Source: Candidatus Xenobia bacterium
GTDB taxonomy: Bacteria; Vulcanimicrobiota; Xenobia; Xenobiales; QWHO01
DNA: 64,000 nucleotides
Assembly (NCBI GenBank): GCA_045863235.1
Contig: BTUM01000003.1
Location: forward strand, 32,001-96,000
Direction: 5' to 3'
The translations under genes were made by a program, and so were the position numbers. Below, piece after piece: positions 37,932-46,410 of this stretch (its first letter is position 1; each line of letters starts with the position of its first letter). The notes below the pieces were generated by a model. It worked only from the letters and a program-made list of their open reading frames with translations. It ran no database searches and had not been told where the DNA came from.

Positions 37932-38251
37932 CCAGCCTGGAGAATCTTCCCCTGGCGCAGGCAAACCACGAAGCGATGGACGCAGCGCCCGGCCTGGCTC
38001 TCGAGCACCGCCTGGTGGCGGGCTTTGCACAGGTGGATCCGCTGTCCCAGGGTGCGCGAGCCCAGCGACCAGACCACCGGTTCCTGGCCGGTCAGCACCC
38101 AACCCCTCCGTAAGAGCTCAGCCGGGTGGCGCACCAGAGCCACCAGACGTTCGGGGGTGATCCCCTGGAGGGCTCCCCGCAGGTTGATCAGCTCCTGGCC
38201 GATCTCGTCGGGGATGCAGAAGGCATTTCTGGTTCTCAGCAAGCGTTTCAT
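37916..38251 (-). CDS. Hypothetical protein
   Basis: 111-aa ATG ORF filling the gap between the RND gene and a divergent AT-richer region; no motif recognised. Confidence 0.45.
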   Translation of the reverse strand: MKRLLRTRNAFCIPDEIGQELINLRGALQGITPERLVALVRHPAELLRRGWVLTGQEPVVWSLGSRTLGQRIHLCKARHQAVLESQAGRCVHRFVVCLRQGKILQAGYALE

Positions 38252-38430
38252 GCCCTGAGCTTAGGTGGGCGAGGTTGTGGGAGGGATGGCACCGACCACG
38301 GGCTCGTTAACAAATCGAAGCAAAATGTTCACATCTGTTCAGAACTCGGAAACCGGTTTCGACGAGCGGCAACCGGTCCTACGGGTCTATGCTGGAGCCA
38401 AGATACCCCCAACGAAAGGAAGCACCTCCA

Positions 38431-39282
38431 ATGCTGAATCCGCTCGTCAACCTGTCCGGTCCCCAGGCCCACCATCACGGCCATCGCCCCCACGGCCCCC
38501 AGCAGGGCAACGACGTCAAGCAGCTGCTCCAGTTCATGGTCGGCATGGCCGCCGGCATGCTGGCTGGCCAGATGCTCGCTGGCGCCCAGCAGGGCCAGCA
38601 CGGCCAGGGGTTCTCCCCACAGCAGAGTCCCGGCTTCGGCGGCGGGCTCAACCTGACCGGCTGCAACCTGAACCTGACCAATCCTCAGGGCCAGAACCAG
38701 CTCAATCCGTTCGGGGCCCAGGGCGGCCCGTTCGGTCTGAACGGCGGCCACAGCCCGTTCGGCCCGAAGGCCCCTCAGTGCTCTCACGGCCAGGGCGGCC
38801 AGGATCCCCAGTCGATGCTGGCGGTGGGCATCGCCATCGGGATGGCCCAGGCCCGCCAGGGCCAGGCCGGTGGTCCTCAGGCGGGCGGCCTGAACCTGAC
38901 CGGCAGCAACATCAACCTCGTCCCCGGTGGCAACGGCGACTTCGGCCGCAACCTGAGCGCCCAGCATCCGGGCGGGATCAACATCACCGGCAGCAACCTC
39001 ACCATGGGAGCGGGCGACTTTGCCGCCCTGCTCGGGAACACCCGCGGACCGATCAACCTGACCGGCAGCAACATCAACCTGGTGGGCGGCCAGGGCGGAG
39101 CCCAGCAGGGTGGACAGAGCCCGGAGGCCATGCTGGCCCTGGGAATCCAGCTCGGCAAAGCCATGGCCCAGCACCAGCAGGGTGGTGGGTGCAATCACCA
39201 GCAGCCTCAGCAACAGCAGACTTCGGGCGCCTTCGCCGTGGCAGGCGTGTTCCGCAGCGGAGTGGGGGGAGTGCTGGGCTGA
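38431..39282 (+). CDS. Gly/Gln/Asn-rich low-complexity repeat protein
   Basis: AAAGGA RBS; four [LI]N[LI]TG[SC]N[LI][NT][LM] repeats and three Met-rich amphipathic segments; 283 aa with no Trp or Tyr. Confidence 0.82.
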   Translation: MLNPLVNLSGPQAHHHGHRPHGPQQGNDVKQLLQFMVGMAAGMLAGQMLAGAQQGQHGQGFSPQQSPGFGGGLNLTGCNLNLTNPQGQNQLNPFGAQGGPFGLNGGHSPFGPKAPQCSHGQGGQDPQSMLAVGIAIGMAQARQGQAGGPQAGGLNLTGSNINLVPGGNGDFGRNLSAQHPGGINITGSNLTMGAGDFAALLGNTRGPINLTGSNINLVGGQGGAQQGGQSPEAMLALGIQLGKAMAQHQQGGGCNHQQPQQQQTSGAFAVAGVFRSGVGGVLG

Positions 39283-39307
39283 TCCGAGGCCAGGCAAAGG
39301 CCATCCA

Positions 39308-39337
39308 GCGCCCGGCGCCCTGAGTGGGGCCGGGCGC
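39308..39337. terminator. GC-rich hairpin between convergent genes
   Basis: GCGCCCGGC / GCCGGGCGC 9-bp stem; no clear U-tract. Confidence 0.4.
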
Positions 39338-39425
39338 CTGGTTGCAGGGGCCTGGATTTCCTTGTAGGGGCCGAAAGGTCGGCATTACCAGCCATCCTGG
39401 ACCCCGGTGCCCTCCCCTGACGTTC

Positions 39426-40415
39426 CTACAGCCCTCCCGCTTTCGAGCCATCCGAGCCCCATAGCCGGATCCGACCCTCTTCGTCGCCGGTCGCGATCCG
39501 GTCTCCGGTCGGGCTGACGGCCACCCGCACCACGCCTTTGTGACCCTCGAGACTGAAAGCCAGCTTGCCGCTCTCCACCTCCCAGACCCGAGCGGTTCCG
39601 CGGTAGGGGCTCTCGTCGTAGTTGATGCCCCCTGCGATGAGGCGCGTGCCGTCCGGGAACCAGGCCAGCGAGTGCAGCTGTTGGGAGGGATCGGCCAGGG
39701 TCTTGACCTGCTCGCCGCTGGTGATGTCATAGAGTCGCACTTCGCTGCCAGCCAGCGTGGCCAGGTAGCGTCCATCCTGGCTGAAGGCGACCTCGGTCAC
39801 CCAGCCTTTGTGTCCCTTGAGCTCGAGAATCTGCTCGTTGGTCAGCAGCGTCCAGACCCTGGCCGTTCCGGTCCGGTCCCCCGCCGCGAGCAGCGAGCCG
39901 TCCGGACTGAAGGTGACACTGTAGAACGGGTCGGAAGGGAGCTGGCTGGACCACTCGGCCTTCCCCGGCCCAACGCTCCACAGAATGGTCAGGCCCTGGC
40001 TCCAGCCGCTGGCGGCGGCGACCTGACGTCCGGAAGGGCTGTAGGCAACCTCCCACACCTGGGACTTGCAGCCCGCCAGGGCCATCTGCTTCTTGCCCGT
40101 GGTAGCGCTCCACAGCACCACCGTGCCGTCCTCCGAGCCGGTGGCCAGGACCTTGCCGTCCGGGCGATAGGCCACCGAGCTGAAACGCTTCTGGCCGCGG
40201 ATGCTGAGCGGCGGGGTCCGCTTTCTCAAGTCATGGACTTGCAGCAGACCGGGGTTGGAGAACCGTTCCCCGGGACCGATGCCCGCCACCGCCAGGCTGG
40301 CCCCATCGGGACTGAACTCCATGTCCGTGATCAGCGTGACCCGGGTGGACTCGGCCAGGCCGTGCCAGGTCAACAGGCAGCCTGCCAGGAGCGCAAGGAG
40401 AAGTCGTTTCGGCAT
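39426..40415 (-). CDS. Secreted WD40-repeat protein
   Basis: Signal peptide MPKRLLLALLAG; repeats FSPDG..LA, LATGSEDGTVVLW, LKGHKGWVTEVAFSQDG, LEGHKG. Confidence 0.92.
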   Translation of the reverse strand: MPKRLLLALLAGCLLTWHGLAESTRVTLITDMEFSPDGASLAVAGIGPGERFSNPGLLQVHDLRKRTPPLSIRGQKRFSSVAYRPDGKVLATGSEDGTVVLWSATTGKKQMALAGCKSQVWEVAYSPSGRQVAAASGWSQGLTILWSVGPGKAEWSSQLPSDPFYSVTFSPDGSLLAAGDRTGTARVWTLLTNEQILELKGHKGWVTEVAFSQDGRYLATLAGSEVRLYDITSGEQVKTLADPSQQLHSLAWFPDGTRLIAGGINYDESPYRGTARVWEVESGKLAFSLEGHKGVVRVAVSPTGDRIATGDEEGRIRLWGSDGSKAGGL

Positions 40416-40471
40416 GGGAACACCTCCACGAGCATCCTGGGACCTCTGGGGTCCAGGTTCAATGACCGGGA

Positions 40472-41026
40472 TCAGCTCTCTTCGAGCCAGCCGCGATACC
40501 AGTCCAGGAAGCTCGGCACATCCTGATGGGGGCGCAGGCCGCCCCCCTCGGCCCGCGCGTCGTACCACACCCGGCCTCGCTCGGGACCGCTGACCACCAG
40601 CCAGGTGCGCAGCGCGCAGCCGTGGTGACAGATGGGGAACGCACCGTCCAGAGCAAACCAGTAGGCCGCATCCAGCTCGTGGTTCCAGCGCTCCTCCTCC
40701 TCGTCGGAAGCGAAGTGCTCAGGAGGATCGGTGGGGATGTTCCAGGGTTGGGTAAAAGGGAACGGAGCCGCCAGGGTGCCGGTGAGACCCTCCCAACCCT
40801 CGCCCAGGGGATAGATACCGTAAAACGGGCCGGCCCCACCATTGCCGGCGCGGGTCAAGAAGGCGGCGTAGTCCTCGGGCAGGCGGATGTCGTGGCGCGC
40901 TTGGAAAGCGGCCAGCCGCTCGAGGGAGAGGGGGGGATTGAGTTGATAGCGGTGGATGGAAGCGCCAAACCTCCGGCATTCGGGGTCGAGCCGGGCCAGC
41001 CTGGCCAGTGCGGCCGGAATGTCCAC
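40472..41026 (-). CDS. SMI1/KNR4 (SUKH) family protein
   Basis: LNPPLSLERLAAFQARHDIRLPEDYAAFL..GNGGAGP.YG, ICHHGC, LVVSGPERGRVW, SFLDWY. Confidence 0.88.
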   Translation of the reverse strand: MDIPAALARLARLDPECRRFGASIHRYQLNPPLSLERLAAFQARHDIRLPEDYAAFLTRAGNGGAGPFYGIYPLGEGWEGLTGTLAAPFPFTQPWNIPTDPPEHFASDEEEERWNHELDAAYWFALDGAFPICHHGCALRTWLVVSGPERGRVWYDARAEGGGLRPHQDVPSFLDWYRGWLEES

Positions 41027-41145
41027 CTACTCGGCCTCCGCACTCGTCTGGATCAGCGGAACGCAAGAGCGGCCGACCAACTCCACGAAACAGGTCGGTC
41101 CCGAGGGAAGCAGCGTGGCCACGAGGCGCACCGTCAGCCCCGCTA

Positions 41146-41393
41146 TCAACCGGGGAGGTCTTCGCCGAAGAGCACGTACCAGTTGTGCTTGGCGGACTGC
41201 ATCAGCTTCTCGTCCTGAAAATGGTTCCGGCACTCGGCCAGGCGCTCTGTGAATTCTGACTGAGATTGGAGTTGTGCACGAGCAAGCGCGTCCGGTAGTC
41301 GAAATCCGGCTCGCGCACCTGCCGCTCGATGGCCTGCGCGAGGTCCGTCGGATCAAGCGAGGGCCGAGTTTGGGTGAGCATCCAGAGATCCAT
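41146..41393 (-). pseudogene. Internally deleted nucleotidyltransferase-like gene (DUF6036-type)
   Basis: N-terminus MDLWMLTQTRPSLDPTDLAQAIERQVREPDFDYRTRLLV is joined out of frame to C-terminus ERLAECRNHFQDEKLMQSAKHNWYVLFGEDLPG*; the central domain is absent. Family recognised from memory only. Confidence 0.55.
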
Positions 41394-41529
41394 CACTTCC
41401 GATTATAGTCGCACGGGTCCAGGCGGGAAAGTCCGACTATGAGAGCGTTCTTCGGTACCATTCGTCACTGAACGATCGGGCGGGATCCCCCATGATCAAG
41501 GTCGAAATCATGTGAAGGAGGGCCCCACC

Positions 41530-41826
41530 ATGTCCGAGCTCAAGATTCTGAAAGAGCAGATCGCTGACGACTTCCAGATGACCTGGAAGATACTGGGAGA
41601 GACGGCCGACCGGCTCGACCGGCGCATTGACCGTATCGTGCTCGACTTGCAGAAACTGGGGGGCGAGATGTCGGAAGGTCTACGCCAGGCGCAGGGCCGC
41701 ATGCGCCTGCTCGAGGAGCGCTTCGGCACGTTCGTGGGCGTGCTCGAGCAGGAGGCCAGCCGGGCCCACGAGCGTCTCGACGACCACGAAGAGCGCCTTC
41801 GTCGGCTGGAAGACCCGGCCGCCTGA
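41530..41826 (+). CDS. Small coiled-coil protein
   Basis: AAGGAGG RBS; heptad pattern ending RLDDHEERLRRLEDPAA. Confidence 0.75.
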   Translation: MSELKILKEQIADDFQMTWKILGETADRLDRRIDRIVLDLQKLGGEMSEGLRQAQGRMRLLEERFGTFVGVLEQEASRAHERLDDHEERLRRLEDPAA

Positions 41827-41907
41827 GAGGAGGTAGATCGCCGTGCTACCCGACTCGCTTCGACTCAAAGCCGGTGATGCAATTGCCAGGACGGGCCAGC
41901 TCAAAGG

Positions 41908-43254
41908 TTACACCCCTCGCTCAGCAGTGCGTGCGTCCAACGCCGCCAGACCCGCTTCCAACTCGGCGATCTGAGAGCGGCAGAGCTCCACCACCTCCTG
42001 AAAGCTCTCGTCTTGCAGGGGGCGCAGGCGGGACAGATCGGTGGCGCAGTCGGCAGCCACCACGGCCACTGCCCCCGGGCTCCCCAGATCGACCGCCACC
42101 GGGTCCAGGGCCACGCCCCAGCGGACCACGGTGAGCTGGCCTGGCCCCTGCCCTGCCACCGGCAGGGAGAAGATCCCCCGACAGAGCATGGTATCAAAGC
42201 CGTACACTTTGAAACCCGGCGCCACGGACCCGGGAAAGGCCACCCGGGTGACCCACCCGGCCCCCACCTGGCTCAGCTTGACCCCGCAGGGCTCCCAATC
42301 GGCCCACCAGGTATCATACTCGGGATCGGGCAGGCTGCGACGCTCGCGCCCCAGCACCAGGCCCTCTTCCTTCCCGCTCTCGCAACCCGGGGGTCGCAGC
42401 TCGAGCAGGTGGGTGGTGTAGAAGTTGCTGATCAGTTTCTGGCTGGTTGCGCGGCGCGGTCCGGAGCCAGAATCGAGCCAGGTCAGCTGGCGGGTGCCCG
42501 GGGGTGGCCCCAGCAGCAGGCCGCGGCGGGGCTCGCAGCCGAGCAGGAAGCGCTCGGCCCGAAGGTTCTCCAGACCTCGGAAGGCGGTGCGAAAGGTGTC
42601 AGAGGTGACCCAGCGCGGCCCGCGCAAAGGCCAGTTGAGCAAGCGCCCATCGGCGTGGATCGGCACCGGGCACGACCCGCAGCGCTCCGCCAGCCGCTTG
42701 TACCATTCCGCGTGGCCTGCCAGGCGGCGCTTGAGACGCTCAAAGAAGCTCCCTTCCAGGCGCAGTCGTACCGAGAAGCGGAGCTCGGGGTCGGCCCCGG
42801 GGCCATCCAGCTCCACCAGACCCTCCTCCCCCACCATCACCGCCCAGCTCGACTCCGAGCCCACGAACGACCATCCGGCCGCCAGGGGGTCCAGGGCCAG
42901 GGCAGCGTGTAACGCCCCCACCAGGTGGTCCAGCGGCGTCACCAGAGCACGCGGGCCAGCTCGTTGCAAGAGCTCAGGCAGGGTCTTCCAGTCCTGGAGG
43001 CGGTTGTGATCCTCATCCGGCACCCAGCGCACCACCACCCCGCCCCCCCCGAAACGAAGGTGCACGGCGGGGGCTCCGCTCATGACCGCTGACTGCACCA
43101 GCAGAGCCAGGAATTGCGAGGGCTCCGCTTTCTGAAAGAGAGCCAGCTTGCGCACCGCCAGGGCCGAGTCCAGGCTGAAGCTACCCGAGGACTCGGCCCG
43201 ACCCTCGGCCGCCAGGTCGCACAGCAGGCGCTGCATCGAGTCAGAGAGCGACAT
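41908..43254 (-). CDS. Hypothetical protein, N-terminus reminiscent of GHKL/HSP90-like domains
   Basis: MSLSDSMQRLL...SSGSFSLDSALAVRKLALFQ..P..FLALLVQSAV; GAAGGGGG upstream; 448 aa. Confidence 0.6.
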   Translation of the reverse strand: MSLSDSMQRLLCDLAAEGRAESSGSFSLDSALAVRKLALFQKAEPSQFLALLVQSAVMSGAPAVHLRFGGGGVVVRWVPDEDHNRLQDWKTLPELLQRAGPRALVTPLDHLVGALHAALALDPLAAGWSFVGSESSWAVMVGEEGLVELDGPGADPELRFSVRLRLEGSFFERLKRRLAGHAEWYKRLAERCGSCPVPIHADGRLLNWPLRGPRWVTSDTFRTAFRGLENLRAERFLLGCEPRRGLLLGPPPGTRQLTWLDSGSGPRRATSQKLISNFYTTHLLELRPPGCESGKEEGLVLGRERRSLPDPEYDTWWADWEPCGVKLSQVGAGWVTRVAFPGSVAPGFKVYGFDTMLCRGIFSLPVAGQGPGQLTVVRWGVALDPVAVDLGSPGAVAVVAADCATDLSRLRPLQDESFQEVVELCRSQIAELEAGLAALDARTAERGV

Positions 43255-43341
43255 GGCCCCCCCTTCCCGAGTCAGGAACCGGAACCTGCCCGGCGCGGGA
43301 GAACTGCCGCTTCCACCGAACCCTCCCCTGTGCACGACACG

Positions 43342-44118
43342 ATGGCCGGGTGGCTGACCAGGTGGGGCAAGAACGCCACGGTCCTGCAAGCCCTGGCCGA
43401 GCTCGAGCCCCTCCTCCCGGGAGGCCTCCCCCGCGAGCTCATCGTCGCCCCCCCCGTGCTCGGTGGCGGTCGCCTGGCCCTCATCTCGGACATCCACGGC
43501 AACTATGAGGCCCTGAAGCGGGTGCTGGAGGACATCGAGAGCTGCGCCTGCGACCGAATCGTCTGCCTGGGCGACCTGGTGGATGGCGGACCGGAGGATT
43601 CCAGGGTCCTTCAAGCCGTGCAGTCCCGAGAGATTCCAGCGGTGAGGGGCAACCATGACTTCGGCGAGGCGCTGGGCCTGTCTCGCGAAGAGTGTCGCTA
43701 CCTCCAGGGGCTTCCCGACGGCCTCACCGAGGAGGAGCTGCACTTCACCCACATCTCCCCGAGGACACGCAAGCAAGGTCTCTCCAATCCGATCGAGGCC
43801 TGGAACGTATTCGACGAATTCCCTCACCGACTGACCTTCGTGGGGCACCTGCACGTCCCGCTGGTCTATTGCCAGCGCTCGAAGACGTTTGGCGAGGCGG
43901 GAGTGCTCGACTTCGAGTATGGCAAGCCTCTGGCGCTGAAGAGCCAGGAGCGCTACATCGTGTGCGTGGGCGCCGTCGCATACGGTCGAGACGGCCTGGG
44001 GAAAGCCCGTTACGCCATCTATGACCGAACCGCCCAGACTCTGGAGATGCGGGCGGTCGAGGCTCCGATGCTGGGCAAGGACTATACCATCAAATACCGC
44101 ATCCAGGAGACTCGCTGA
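43342..44118 (+). CDS. Metallophosphoesterase family protein
   Basis: ISDIHGN, CLGDLVD, VRGNHD, FVGHLHVP. Confidence 0.9.
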   Translation: MAGWLTRWGKNATVLQALAELEPLLPGGLPRELIVAPPVLGGGRLALISDIHGNYEALKRVLEDIESCACDRIVCLGDLVDGGPEDSRVLQAVQSREIPAVRGNHDFGEALGLSREECRYLQGLPDGLTEEELHFTHISPRTRKQGLSNPIEAWNVFDEFPHRLTFVGHLHVPLVYCQRSKTFGEAGVLDFEYGKPLALKSQERYIVCVGAVAYGRDGLGKARYAIYDRTAQTLEMRAVEAPMLGKDYTIKYRIQETR

Positions 44119-44160
44119 CGGGCAAGCTTTCTTTCAGCCTTCCCGGCTAATCTGGTCAGG

Positions 44161-46410
44161 ATGGATAATCTGTCCCCCTTCCGCCAGGAGGCAGCCCGCG
44201 GCCATCGCGAGAGCCAGGCCTGTCGGCTCAAGTTCTGGAAGCGCGATCAGATCAATCTGGCCGAAGCCGAGCGCTCGCTGGACACTCTGGACACGCTCGG
44301 GCCCGATGAGGGCGAGCGGCGCGTGCTGGGCATGGCCCGGGCCGCCGCCCAGCCCCCGACCACCCGGCTCAAGGTCTTGCAGCACTCGCTCGGCGTTCTG
44401 GCCCACGGGGTCAGCGCCGACCTGGTGGGTCTGGCCGGGGTGGGCCTGGCCCTGCGCGACCTGGCCGGACCGACCACGGCCGCGCCGCTGGCCGCCCAGT
44501 TGCCCGACTCCGGCCTGCTGGGTCGGGTCGCTCCCGGGCCCGACTGGCTGCTTGCCAAGGCCGCCCGGCCCATGCCGACGACAGCGTCAGAGTGGGCCGC
44601 CACCCTGGCCGACGCTCCCGCGCGATCGGTGCGCATCGCCCTGGAGGAGCTGGGCGATCCGGCCTTCTCGCAGGCTCTGGACCAGCTGAAGCTGAGCCCG
44701 CAGGTGCGCGAGCAGCTCGACCGCCAGACGCTGAAGAGCCTGGACCTGCCCCTCACCCCGCCCCAACGGGTGGCCCGCTTCCTGGATATCAACGAGCTGC
44801 CTCCCAGCCAGGCCTGCCAGTTGGGCGACTTCATGCTGGCCGGATCGGAGGATCAGCCCGTCAAGCGCCTGGCCCTGGGCTTCCAGGAGGCTCCTGACGA
44901 GCAGCGCGCCATCGCCCTGAGGGCGGCCGCTCGGCAGCTCGATCAGCCCTTTGAGGTGAAGAAGGCGGTGCAAGACCTGCAGGGCGCGCCTCCCCGCGAG
45001 GTGGCCCGCGTGCTGGCCACGATCGAGCCCTCTCCCCAGCTCTCCCTGCTGACCCGGGTCAGCGACGAGAAGGCGGTGGCCGAGGGGCTGGGCGCGCTCG
45101 ACCTCAGGCCTTCCGCCCTGCTGGAGAAGCTCCGCCCGCTGCTGGCCCCATCCGAGACCATGGCCCTGGTGGATCGCTCCCACGATTTCCTGGCGGCCGT
45201 TCTGGCCACGCCCTGGTCGCAGGCCGAGGATCAGGCCCGGGTGGCCGTGGCCGGCTGGCAGGCCTTCGACCGCTCCCCCAGCCTGGCCGGGGCAGCCCTT
45301 TCCATGGCCCGGGCCACCCCCGACCTCAACCAGCGCCGCTACCTCTGCCGGGGAGCGCTCAAGGCCATGCAGCACCCGGTGGCCGACAAGCTGGAAGCCA
45401 TGACCCGTCTCTCCGGTCCCAACGCCGATTGGAGCCAGACGGCTCTAGCGATGGCCGCCCTGGCCGAGATCGACCGGCGCGGCGGCGAGCCACGCCCGGG
45501 AGCCCTGCTGGCCGTGGTCAGCCAGGCCGCCGCCAGCTGGGCCGGACCGGCCTGGCGCGGCCAGCTCGAGCAGTTCTTGCAGCAAGACCCCGACCTCGGC
45601 CCGGTGGCCCGCTCGGTGGGGAGCCTGGAGAGCCTGCACCTGGTGCTGGAGGATCGGTTGCTGGGATCGGCCGTGAGCGCCCCCGCTCCGGCCGCGGTGC
45701 GAGACACCGGCCAGGCCGTGCTGGTGGGCGGCGTCCGCCTGGAGAAGAAGAGCCCCACCGAGGGGATCGAGCTGGACCTGACCCCCTCCGCCAGAGCTCT
45801 CCCGCAAGTGCAGGCCCTCGACCTGGGCCCTCCCCCCACGCCCGGCACGAAGATCGAGGCTCGCTGGAAAGAAGGCTATAAGAGCGGGGTGGTGGTGATC
45901 TACAACCCCACCAGCGGCGTCTTCGAAGAGCACGAAAGCTACAAGAGCGGCGTGGCGGGGGTTTACAACCCGAAATCAGGCCAGGTGGAGTTCCGCGAGA
46001 GCTACAAGAGCGGGGTGGCCGGGGTCTACAACGTCCAGAGCGGTCAGACCGAGTGGCACGAAGCCTACAAGAGCGGCGTGGCAGGGGTCTACGTGGACGA
46101 CAAGGTGGTCTTCCGGGAGAGCTATAAAGGCTGCGTGGCAGGCATTCTGGAGCCCGGGGCCAGCCAACCCGAGTTTCGCGAGGCCTATAAGTCCGGCATC
46201 GCGGCCGTGCTCAACCCGGCCACCGGCAAGGCCGAATGGTCGGAGAGCTACAAGAGCGGCGTCGCCGGCCTCTACGACCCGGCCCGGGGCGCGGTGGACT
46301 TCCGCGAGAGCTACAAGAGCGGTCTGGCGGTGGCCAGCAGCGATCCCGAGCGACCCACCCTGGTCTCCCACTCGTTCCCTTACTGGGAGGACGAAGACCC
46401 TTACGACTGA
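44161..46410 (+). CDS. Large hypothetical protein: helical body, internal GG-V-R motif, C-terminal 21-aa repeat domain
   Basis: 749-aa ORF; AVRDTGQAVLVGGVRLEKK; eight ExYKSG repeats. Confidence 0.78.
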   Translation: MDNLSPFRQEAARGHRESQACRLKFWKRDQINLAEAERSLDTLDTLGPDEGERRVLGMARAAAQPPTTRLKVLQHSLGVLAHGVSADLVGLAGVGLALRDLAGPTTAAPLAAQLPDSGLLGRVAPGPDWLLAKAARPMPTTASEWAATLADAPARSVRIALEELGDPAFSQALDQLKLSPQVREQLDRQTLKSLDLPLTPPQRVARFLDINELPPSQACQLGDFMLAGSEDQPVKRLALGFQEAPDEQRAIALRAAARQLDQPFEVKKAVQDLQGAPPREVARVLATIEPSPQLSLLTRVSDEKAVAEGLGALDLRPSALLEKLRPLLAPSETMALVDRSHDFLAAVLATPWSQAEDQARVAVAGWQAFDRSPSLAGAALSMARATPDLNQRRYLCRGALKAMQHPVADKLEAMTRLSGPNADWSQTALAMAALAEIDRRGGEPRPGALLAVVSQAAASWAGPAWRGQLEQFLQQDPDLGPVARSVGSLESLHLVLEDRLLGSAVSAPAPAAVRDTGQAVLVGGVRLEKKSPTEGIELDLTPSARALPQVQALDLGPPPTPGTKIEARWKEGYKSGVVVIYNPTSGVFEEHESYKSGVAGVYNPKSGQVEFRESYKSGVAGVYNVQSGQTEWHEAYKSGVAGVYVDDKVVFRESYKGCVAGILEPGASQPEFREAYKSGIAAVLNPATGKAEWSESYKSGVAGLYDPARGAVDFRESYKSGLAVASSDPERPTLVSHSFPYWEDEDPYD
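45865..46340 (+). repeat. Eight in-frame ~63-bp repeats encoding [FW]xE[SA]YKSGVAGVYNPxSGxxE
   Basis: Directly visible, e.g. GAGAGCTACAAGAGCGG recurring in frame. Confidence 0.9.

Noticed and set aside
39225..39282. C-terminus GVGGVLG of the Gly/Gln-rich protein as a sixth GG-V-R tag
   Set aside because: It lacks the Arg, the basic tail and the upstream spacing of the motif.
45865..46340. CRISPR-like array (about 63-bp period)
   Set aside because: The repeats are in-frame coding units varying at synonymous positions, without unique spacers or cas genes.
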